From: Minisyncoccia bacterium
GTDB lineage: Bacteria > Patescibacteriota > Minisyncoccia > UBA6257 > 2-01-FULL-56-20
Assembly (NCBI GenBank): GCA_049997875.1
Contig: JBEKRC010000003.1
Coordinates: 183,885 to 247,884, forward strand
Length of the DNA stretch: 64,000 bases
Direction of reading: 5' to 3'
Positions 57,073 to 64,000 of the stretch are shown piece by piece. Position numbers and translations under genes: made by a program. A model generated the notes under the pieces. It saw only the letters and a list, made by a program, of their open reading frames with translations. It was not told the DNA's origin and ran no database searches. The first letter of the stretch is position 1; every line of letters starts with the position of its first letter.

Positions 57073-58134
57073 ATGAACATCGCTTTTGTAATCATTTTCC
57101 TGGTTATACTCATCGTAGGGTTCTGGATTATCCTGCGTGAGATTCAGAAGAAATCGAGTGGGTCAAATGATGACCAGGCACTGCTCCTAATCCAAAATCA
57201 GATCAATGAGCTTACCCACGCTCTTGAAGCTAAACTCGGCGAATCGGCGAAGGCGATCACCGATTCTACTAATAAGGCGTTCGCCCAAGCGACCAAAAGC
57301 GCAGAACTTATAAAAGAAATTACCCAAGAGCTTGCGAAGGTCGGCGAAGGACAGCGTCAAGTGGCAAGCATCGCGGACAATCTGAAGAGCCTGCAAGACA
57401 TCCTTAAAAACCCGAAGCAGCGCGGTGTCTTGGGCGAATACTACCTGGAAACGGTCCTTAAGAATGTGCTGCCTCCGAACGCCTATAAGATACAGTATGA
57501 ATTCAAAGATGGAACCATTGTAGATGCCGTTATCATCACGAAGAATGGACTGATTCCAATAGATTCAAAGTTCAGTTTGGAAAATTACAATCGAATTCTT
57601 GAGTCCTCTGACAAAGCAGAGCGGGAGCGATATGAAACCGCTTTCGCAAACGATCTAAAAACCCGGATTGATGAAACTGCCAAATACGTGAAACCTGAGG
57701 AGGGTACGCTTGATTTTGCTTTCATGTTCATTCCATCGGAAGCGGTGTATTACGATCTTCTTGTTAATAAAGTAGGTGCCATTAAATCAAATAACGTAGA
57801 TCTTATTGAGTATGCGGCAGGAAAGAAAAAGGTGATGGTTGTATCTCCCACCACTTTCTTGGCATATTTGCAAACCGTCCTTCAGGGGTTGAAAGCGCTA
57901 CGGATAGAAGAAACGGCGAAGAAAATTGCTGAGCGGGTGAGCGAGCTGGGCAAACACTTGCTAAGCTACCAGGAATACATGCAAAAGGTTGGGAAAAATC
58001 TTACCGTTACTGTTTCGGCTTATAATTCCGCAGGCAAAGAATTCGGGAAAATAAACAAAGATGTGTACAGAATTACCGGAGATGAACTGAACCTTGAGGC
58101 ACCTTCAATTGAAAAGCCGGAAGAAACTACATAA
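57073..58134 (+). CDS. rmuC: DNA recombination protein RmuC family
   Basis: N-terminal TM and coiled coil; LKNPKQRG.LGEYYL, IDSKF, FMFIPSEAVY, VSPTT. Confidence 0.92.
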   Translation: MNIAFVIIFLVILIVGFWIILREIQKKSSGSNDDQALLLIQNQINELTHALEAKLGESAKAITDSTNKAFAQATKSAELIKEITQELAKVGEGQRQVASIADNLKSLQDILKNPKQRGVLGEYYLETVLKNVLPPNAYKIQYEFKDGTIVDAVIITKNGLIPIDSKFSLENYNRILESSDKAERERYETAFANDLKTRIDETAKYVKPEEGTLDFAFMFIPSEAVYYDLLVNKVGAIKSNNVDLIEYAAGKKKVMVVSPTTFLAYLQTVLQGLKALRIEETAKKIAERVSELGKHLLSYQEYMQKVGKNLTVTVSAYNSAGKEFGKINKDVYRITGDELNLEAPSIEKPEETT

Positions 58135-58138
58135 GCAG

Positions 58139-59437
58139 CTACTTCTTCCGCCGCCGGAGGAACGCGGGGATGTCCCACGCGTCGCTTTCCTTCTCTTTCT
58201 TTTCTTTGCTGGATTTTGACTCGGCGGGAGCGGAGGCCTTTGCGGGAGCGTCTATGGAGGAGAAAATCTCGTTGTCCGAAGACCGTTCGCGCTCGCGCTC
58301 GCTACGGGCGGCAGCAGCTTCCTTCCCCGCCTGCGGTTTCTTCATTGAAAGCGATTCCAACGCGGGCGAACCGGTGCCAGATCGGGCGCCTCCGCCGCCG
58401 CTCATCCCGCCGCCGAACATGCCCGGTTGCCGCTCGTAGTGGCTTCCCCCGAAGAGCGTGGTCGTAGAACCTCCGTTGAAGCCCGCGGCAATCACGGTTA
58501 TTTTGACCTGCCCTTGCTTCAAATTGCGGTCATGATACGCGCCGAAGATGATGCGCGCACCGGGGTCAGCGGTCTGCGCGATGATCTTCGCCGCTTCATT
58601 GATCTCGGTCATCTTCAAGTCCCGTCCTCCCGATATCCCCAAGAGTACCGCTTTTGCGCCTTCGGGACTCGTCTCCAAAAGCGGCGAGTGGAGCGCCTGG
58701 TTCACTGCCGCAACGGCGCGGTCCTGGCCGGAGGCCACCCCGACGCCGATAATCGTCACACCTGCGTCCTGCATGATATTCTTCACGTCGGCGAAATCCA
58801 CGTTGATAATGCCGGGTATCGCGATGATCTCCACAATCCCCTTGAGCGCTTTCCGCAAAATGTCGTCAATTACCTCAAATGCCTTTATGATCGGCGTATC
58901 CTTGCTGATCACGGTGAAGATGCGGTCGTTCGGCACGACGATGAGCGCATCCACTTTGTCGCGCAATTTCATAAGCCCCTCTGCGGCAATCCTCTCTCTC
59001 TGGCTCCCCTCAAAGGTGAACGGCTTTGTGACAACGGCGATCGTGAGCGCCCCCGCCTGCTTTGCGGCTTCGGCAACGACGGGCGTGGCACCCGTGCCGG
59101 TGCCGCCGCCGAACCCCGCCGCAAGAAACACAAGGTCGGCCCCCTTCACGATCTCGCCAATCTCGGAGCGGTTTTCTTCTGCGGCCTGCCTGCCGAGATC
59201 GGGATTCATGCCCGTGCCCAACCCTTTCGTAAGCCCTTTCCCTATATATAACCGATGTTTGACGTTACAGTGATCAAGGTCCTGGTGGTCGGTGTTGATT
59301 GCTACAAAATCAACGCCGCGAACAAAGTCACGCGCCATCCGCGCGACCGCGTTTCCCCCTCCCCCGCCGATGCCGATTACCTTGACGTTCGTCGCAAGGG
59401 GCTGGAACTTCTCTTTTTTCTTATTAGAGGAAGCCAT
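58139..59437 (-). CDS. ftsZ: Cell division GTPase FtsZ
   Basis: KVIGIGGGGGNAV, GGGTGTG, VTKPF.FEG, INVDFADV, C-terminal DIPAFLRR. Confidence 0.98.
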   Translation of the reverse strand: MASSNKKKEKFQPLATNVKVIGIGGGGGNAVARMARDFVRGVDFVAINTDHQDLDHCNVKHRLYIGKGLTKGLGTGMNPDLGRQAAEENRSEIGEIVKGADLVFLAAGFGGGTGTGATPVVAEAAKQAGALTIAVVTKPFTFEGSQRERIAAEGLMKLRDKVDALIVVPNDRIFTVISKDTPIIKAFEVIDDILRKALKGIVEIIAIPGIINVDFADVKNIMQDAGVTIIGVGVASGQDRAVAAVNQALHSPLLETSPEGAKAVLLGISGGRDLKMTEINEAAKIIAQTADPGARIIFGAYHDRNLKQGQVKITVIAAGFNGGSTTTLFGGSHYERQPGMFGGGMSGGGGARSGTGSPALESLSMKKPQAGKEAAAARSERERERSSDNEIFSSIDAPAKASAPAESKSSKEKKEKESDAWDIPAFLRRRKK

Positions 59438-59508
59438 TTAACTCAATAGTAGCAAATCTTCCTCCGGCGCGCCACCTGTGCATATTTTCTCGAGTCTGTC
59501 TCAAACGA

Positions 59509-60753
59509 CTATGGCGTGAAGTAGCGGATGATCTTCCTCAGGCTGAAACTTGAAGACGAGCCTTCCTTGCTCCAACCTTCGCCGTCCACGCCCCAAAGGA
59601 CAAGGCCGAAGGCATTTACAAACTCGGGATCCTCAAGGAATTCCTTGAAAGGACCGCCGCTTGACTCCCATTCGTCGCTGACCGAGAAGCCGATCTGCGA
59701 GGAAAGTTTCATTTCCTGTTTCGCAAGGTCGGTGATGCCGGGGAGCTTCGCGCCGCCGCCCACGAGCACTGCGCCGCCGGGAAGCTCGCCGAATTTTTGG
59801 AATAATTTCAGTTCGTCATTCACAAGATCAAAGATCTCCTCAAGGCGCGACGCTATGATCTCGGCCGCAAAGCGCCGTGAGACGGTGTTCTTCGCTTCGG
59901 GCAGAAACTTCTTGAGATCAATGGACTCTTTGCTGCCAACGTCTTTGGGGAACGCGTAGCCGTAATGCAGTTTTATTTCCTCCGCCGCGTCCACGGGAAT
60001 TTTCAATCCCACCGCAAGGTCGTTGGAAATGTTTCCCGCGCCGACGGGGAACTTCGCGACGTCTACCAGTTTCCCCTCCTCATAGACCGAAAGTCCCGTC
60101 GTGCCGAAACCGATGTCCACGAGCGCAGTGCCCAAGTCGCGCTGGCGCTTGGAGAGCGCGGCACGCGCGGCGACGAGCGGTCCGAAGACGAGCCCGGAAA
60201 CCTCGCCGCCGCCCAGTTCCACCGCACGGATCAAATTTTTTATATGCGGTGAGAATGCATCAATAATCAAACTTTGCACCTCCAAGCGGCTGCCCGAGAG
60301 CCCCAGGGGATCCGCGATCTCCCCCACGCCGTCCACGACGAATTCTTTGACAAGCGTGTGGATGATCGTACGATTTTGCGGGAGATTGACCGCCTGCGAC
60401 GCCCGCACCGCGCGGTCAATGTCGTCTTGGTAGATCTCCGCATCGGCGCGCGAGACCGCGACGATCCCCCGCGAGGATTGCATTTTCGCTTGCGGCGTAC
60501 CGATAGAAATATAAACGTTTTTGAGCGCCGATTTGGAAACCTTCTTCGCGCCTGCGAGCGCGCGGCTCACGGCCTGCGAAACCTCGCTCATCTCCACAAT
60601 GGCGCCTTTCCGCATGCCGTAGCAGGGCACTTTCTGCACGTGCACGAGCGCCGGCTTCCCATCGCGCCGCTCGGCAACCGCCACCTTGACGGAAGAGGTA
60701 CCGAGGTCCAAGCCCGTCACAAAATTGCCGCGCGAAAGCCCTTTAATCTTCAT
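59509..60753 (-). CDS. ftsA: Cell division protein FtsA
   Basis: GLDLGTSSVKV, G.RKG.I, DIGFGTT, DLA..L....AEEIK, LVGGGA; upstream of ftsZ. Confidence 0.96.
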   Translation of the reverse strand: MKIKGLSRGNFVTGLDLGTSSVKVAVAERRDGKPALVHVQKVPCYGMRKGAIVEMSEVSQAVSRALAGAKKVSKSALKNVYISIGTPQAKMQSSRGIVAVSRADAEIYQDDIDRAVRASQAVNLPQNRTIIHTLVKEFVVDGVGEIADPLGLSGSRLEVQSLIIDAFSPHIKNLIRAVELGGGEVSGLVFGPLVAARAALSKRQRDLGTALVDIGFGTTGLSVYEEGKLVDVAKFPVGAGNISNDLAVGLKIPVDAAEEIKLHYGYAFPKDVGSKESIDLKKFLPEAKNTVSRRFAAEIIASRLEEIFDLVNDELKLFQKFGELPGGAVLVGGGAKLPGITDLAKQEMKLSSQIGFSVSDEWESSGGPFKEFLEDPEFVNAFGLVLWGVDGEGWSKEGSSSSFSLRKIIRYFTP

Positions 60754-60865
60754 ATCCTCCTTATTTTATGCGGTGCGAGGGGCAACCGCAACTGTGCATT
60801 GGCCGCACATTAAAAAATCATTAAGGAATGCTTGACTTTACCTCCGTATCGCAATACTGTGCCAA

Positions 60866-60943
60866 TAGCCCGCGCGAGACGTCAGTCTCTATCGGCTCAG
60901 CTGGTAGCGGGCATGCTAAAGAATCTCCTCCGGGAGATTTTTT
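60866..60943 (+). ncRNA. Candidate small structured RNA (three-way junction plus terminator)
   Basis: TTGACT-17-TACTGT upstream; P1 gcccgc/gcgggc, P2 gagac/gtctc, P3 tatcggc/gctggta; terminator aatctcc/ggagatt+tttt. Confidence 0.45.
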
Positions 60944-61343
60944 ATTTCTCCATAATGCTTAAAAACTGCCCTTCCAACCGTTCCATTTCGGCTGCATCAG
61001 CTCTCTTTTTGTGGTCATAGCCCAGGAGATGCAGCATACCGTGCAACAAAAGCGGCATCGCCCGTTCCGGGCTGCGCCGCAGGATATCGCGGTTCAAATA
61101 GATCTCGCCTAGGTAGCGCCGCTTGGTCTCCGGATGAGGAAAACGGAGCGGCTCAGGAAACGACAGTACGTTCGGCTCGGAGCGTTTTTTGAAAAATCGG
61201 CGCTTGAGTACCTCAAGGTCACGGGCGGGCAACACAAAAATATCAAGGGCTGCATTGCGAGCACGCGCATTCCGCATCGCGAGAATTTTCAAGAGCTTTT
61301 TCGCGAGCCGGTCAAGCTTCTTGTCCAAAGATTCCCTAGCCAA
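60942..61343 (-). CDS. ybeY: rRNA maturation endoribonuclease YbeY
   Basis: NVLSFP, LGEIYL, HGMLHLLGYDH, MERLE. Confidence 0.93.
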   Translation of the reverse strand: MARESLDKKLDRLAKKLLKILAMRNARARNAALDIFVLPARDLEVLKRRFFKKRSEPNVLSFPEPLRFPHPETKRRYLGEIYLNRDILRRSPERAMPLLLHGMLHLLGYDHKKRADAAEMERLEGQFLSIMEK

Positions 61344-61782
61344 TTTTTTTCTTCACGATGTCACCCACCGTTTTGCCGTCCGCACGCCCCTTTGTGAGCT
61401 TCATCGCCTCGCGCATGAGCGAGTTGAAATCGTTGAAACCCTTTCCCGTGAGCTCGTCCACCATCTTTTCAATTTCCTCCGCAGAAAGCTCCCTGGGAAT
61501 GTATTCATAGACCACCGCGAGCTCGGCCTCCTCCTTTTTTACGAGGTCGTCCCGCTTCCCCTGCCGGAAGAGCTCAATCGCCTCCTTGCGCCGCTTCGCT
61601 TCTTTCTGTAAAACCGCAACGACTTCGTCGTCGGTCAGCGCCACGCCCGGCTGCTTCACGTACTTATCCTTTTGCACGTTGTAAATGCCGGAGGACATGA
61701 ACCGCAAAACGGCAACACGCTCCGCATTGCCGCTTTTCATCGCCGCCTTCAGGTCGTCATTCAATTTTTGGACCAGCGTCAT
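61336..61782 (-). CDS. GatB/YqeY-domain protein
   Basis: DLKAAMK, KEAKRRKEAIELF..G.RDDL..KEEAEL, GRADGK.V. Confidence 0.92.
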   Translation of the reverse strand: MTLVQKLNDDLKAAMKSGNAERVAVLRFMSSGIYNVQKDKYVKQPGVALTDDEVVAVLQKEAKRRKEAIELFRQGKRDDLVKKEEAELAVVYEYIPRELSAEEIEKMVDELTGKGFNDFNSLMREAMKLTKGRADGKTVGDIVKKKIG

Positions 61783-61856
61783 TGCTCCTGCATTATAGCG
61801 CGATCGTGCGCCAAAGCAAAAAAATTATTCCCGATTTTGCCCGCTAGTGGAAGGAA

Positions 61857-61890
61857 AAAGCTGGGCTGCAGAACGTGTGCAGCCCAGCTT
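61857..61890. terminator. Hairpin (13-bp perfect stem), probable terminator
   Basis: aagctgggctgca-gaacgtg-tgcagcccagctt; T tract on the minus strand after the 61917 gene. Confidence 0.6.
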
Positions 61891-61916
61891 CGCGTGTAGT
61901 TCCGGAGTCATCGGTG

Positions 61917-62144
61917 TCAAGCGCCCCTTTCTTTGGGTGCCTCCAATACCTTGCAAAGTACCCGCCAAAGCAAAGAGCCGAAAACCCCGAGGGCGCTGAT
62001 GAATGTAATGGCAATGGTGAGAAAGAGGAGAATGGCCGCCGCATGCTCACCGGTCTCGCCATGCCATAGGTCGGCGCGGATGGTGCGAACCATCACGGCC
62101 AACCCAAGAAGGCCGAGCGCGAGCATTCCGAGAAATTTCTTCAT
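61917..62144 (-). CDS. Small two-TM hypothetical protein
   Basis: GGAGG SD before ATG 62144; two hydrophobic helices. Confidence 0.55.
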   Translation of the reverse strand: MKKFLGMLALGLLGLAVMVRTIRADLWHGETGEHAAAILLFLTIAITFISALGVFGSLLWRVLCKVLEAPKERGA

Positions 62145-62276
62145 GTGGTCCTCCACCGCGAGAAGTTCAAAGAACGCAGTTGGGATGGTAACATTTCGGA
62201 AGCTCGGCGTAAAGGGGTCTTCTTAAGAACGAGCGATCCGCTCCGGTAAGTGGGGGATGTGAGAGCTTGTTTTAGT

Positions 62277-62888
62277 TTAAATTATGATGCCGTTCTTTTT
62301 GAGGTCCGATTCTAGTTGCGCTAGGTTTTGGAACAGGATTGCTTTCATTCCGTGTCGTTGTGCAGAATCGATAAACTCTGGGTCATCGTCGACACAAAGA
62401 CACTCTTCCGGTTGAACGCCGATTCTTTCCAGGACGACATCGTAGAAATTCGGCTCGTATTTATGAACCCCGATTTCATAGGAAAGAATAAAGTCGTCAA
62501 AATCGTTTTTCAGATGATACTTTTCGTCAAGGTAATCAATCCTTTCTTTTATGTTTCCAGAGCAAGCGACAACCTTAAACCTCTTTCTCAGTTTAGAAAT
62601 CAAATCTTTCATTCCTTCAATGGGTTCGTAAGAAGAATGCCAAGCCTCTTTCAACGTAGGAATCAAATCCTCGCCGACGCCCAATCTTCTGACGGCTGTC
62701 CGCCAGAATTCTTTTTCGGTGAGTTGCCCTTTTCGATACCAAAATCCCTCCTTTCGAGGAGAAGAATTAAAAATTTCGTTGATGATATCTTTCGGCCGGT
62801 TGGTCAATTCGCATATCTTTTGCATTCCTATGCTGGTCCCCTTGGTGAAGTAAACTCCACCTAAATCAACGAGGATTACTTTGATCAT
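62277..62888 (-). CDS. HAD-family phosphatase (YihX-like)
   Basis: ILVDLGGV, SYEIGVHK, CLCVDD...A..HGM; AT-richer than its neighbours. Confidence 0.88.
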   Translation of the reverse strand: MIKVILVDLGGVYFTKGTSIGMQKICELTNRPKDIINEIFNSSPRKEGFWYRKGQLTEKEFWRTAVRRLGVGEDLIPTLKEAWHSSYEPIEGMKDLISKLRKRFKVVACSGNIKERIDYLDEKYHLKNDFDDFILSYEIGVHKYEPNFYDVVLERIGVQPEECLCVDDDPEFIDSAQRHGMKAILFQNLAQLESDLKKNGIII

Positions 62889-62958
62889 ATTTTTATCCTA
62901 CCAAAAAACCGCACAAAAGGCGCGTTTTTGAAATCCACTCCAGATGCCGGACGAGCGC

Positions 62959-63177
62959 CTAGCTCAAAAGCCCGAGTTTCTTCATCCGCTCTACTTCTGC
63001 CCGCTTCGCATCGCGGTGGATTGCCGAGAGTTTGCGTTTGATCCGGCTTACCGGGCGATCGTGGAACTTACGCGCGCGCGCTTCCTTCAAAATGCCGCTC
63101 CGCTTCACTTTTTTTGTGAAGCTGAAAAGTATGCTATTCGGGGATTCTCCCTCCCGTTTTCGTACTTCAACTGCCAT
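62959..63177 (-). CDS. rpsU: 30S ribosomal protein S21
   Basis: VEVRKREGES...F.KKVKRSGILKEARARKF; located between HIT and YqeY. Confidence 0.85.
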   Translation of the reverse strand: MAVEVRKREGESPNSILFSFTKKVKRSGILKEARARKFHDRPVSRIKRKLSAIHRDAKRAEVERMKKLGLLS

Positions 63178-63251
63178 GGAAGATAGTATATATGAATTAA
63201 ACTCTTAGTCAACCGTTGAAATAACTGACAGCAAAAAAACATTGGTGGCCG

Positions 63252-63411
63252 TAGGCATCTTGCTTGTGGTTCTGGAGAGGATCGCGCAGCCCCGCTCGGC
63301 TTGGTCCGAAATACCATTGCGTGTATTTCGGCGAGCGGGGCGAGCGGCAAGAAAAAATCCCCGCTGGAGGGATTTTATTCTGGCTCTCCAGAACCACAAG
63401 CAAGATGCCTA
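63252..63411. mobile_element. 160-bp MITE-like element with perfect 28-bp terminal inverted repeats
   Basis: taggcatcttgcttgtggttctggagag (63252-63279) and its exact reverse complement (63384-63411); internal hairpins; TA at both ends. Confidence 0.55.
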
Positions 63412-63834
63412 TGACACAATTTTCTTGCGTATCTCTTCCAAGGTCTCTTTCGGTTTCCTGTTCACCAGTGACTGGACAGGCCCTCCCCCGTCGCCATACC
63501 ACCGGGGCATCAAATGCACATGGAGATGGTCCACCACCTGGCCGCTCGCGCGGCCCTGGTTGATCCCGACCGTGATGCCGTCGCACTTCAATTTCCGCGA
63601 GAGCATCCCCGCCACTTTCTTCACCGCCGCGAAGAGCGGCGCGACTTCGGCGTCCGGCAGTTCAAGAAAATTTGGCACATGCGTTTTTGGGATCACCATG
63701 GTGTGCCCGGACGTCCGCGGTGCGATGTCCAAGAACGCGAACGCGCGGTCATCTTCGTACACCACCTGCGCCGGAATTTCCCCGGACGCTATTTTGCAGA
63801 AAATGCAATTCTTGTCTCGCGTTGGTTCCTGCAT
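63409..63834 (-). CDS. HIT-family nucleotide hydrolase
   Basis: CIFCKI, FLDIAP..GHT.VIPK.H, GQVVDHLHVHLMPR. Confidence 0.95.
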   Translation of the reverse strand: MQEPTRDKNCIFCKIASGEIPAQVVYEDDRAFAFLDIAPRTSGHTMVIPKTHVPNFLELPDAEVAPLFAAVKKVAGMLSRKLKCDGITVGINQGRASGQVVDHLHVHLMPRWYGDGGGPVQSLVNRKPKETLEEIRKKIVS

Positions 63835-63842
63835 GGTTCAAC

Positions 63843-64000
63843 CTAAAGCCGCTTTTTGATCTCGTCCACGACTTTGTGCCGCGGCACCGCTTCCTGCAGT
63901 CCGGTTTTTAAATCGCGGACGATAACACTGCTCTCGTAAATCTCCTTTTGGCCAAGAATGAGCGCGAGCGTAATCCCTTCCTTGTCCGCGGTCCTGAGCT
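63843..64000 (-). CDS. hisS: Histidine-tRNA ligase, C-terminal anticodon-binding end (partial)
   Basis: Hand translation: LRTADKEGITLALILGQKEIYESSVIVRDLKTGLQEAV...KKRL*. Confidence 0.75.
   Translation of the reverse strand, partial: LRTADKEGITLALILGQKEIYESSVIVRDLKTGLQEAVPRHKVVDEIKKRL

Noticed and set aside
1-64000. Alternative genetic code (TGA read-through)
   Set aside because: Conserved genes such as purQ, purN and purF end at TGA at the expected length, with no internal TGA interruptions.

Overview
Bacterial chromosomal window with most genes on the minus strand and the standard genetic code (TGA acts as stop). The gene order hisS-HIT-rpsU-YqeY-ybeY-ftsA-ftsZ, scarce Shine-Dalgarno sites and Ser/Thr-rich secreted proteins suggest a Patescibacteria/CPR (Parcubacteria-like) organism; this is inference. 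Four blocks are visible. (1) 1-16.9 kb: a near-complete de novo purine cluster (purL with fused PurS-like domains, purQ, purE, purC, purF, purN, purD, purB, purM, guaB, purA) interleaved with HAD/HD phosphohydrolases. (2) 17-27.5 kb: mixed accessory genes (NUDIX, STAS, YvcK, HTH, 3D-domain, PAP2-like, three GH130 domains, GH18, Fe-S-less MutY, Hsp20). (3) 27.6-55.9 kb: a ~28 kb, 21-gene surface-structure locus built from repeated modules (WxL/pilin-like subunit, DUF916-like membrane-anchored partner, dockerin protein, cohesin protein), plus a MacB-type ABC transporter, an Hsp20-like protein and an HTH-TM-fibre fusion. Each of its three sub-operons is preceded by DnaA-box motifs. This is the best candidate for an undescribed system. 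(4) 56-64 kb: housekeeping genes with several structured intergenic elements (three-way-junction sRNA candidate, MITE-like element with 28-bp inverted repeats, long structured 5' leaders). No rRNA, tRNA, CRISPR array or transposase was recognised.
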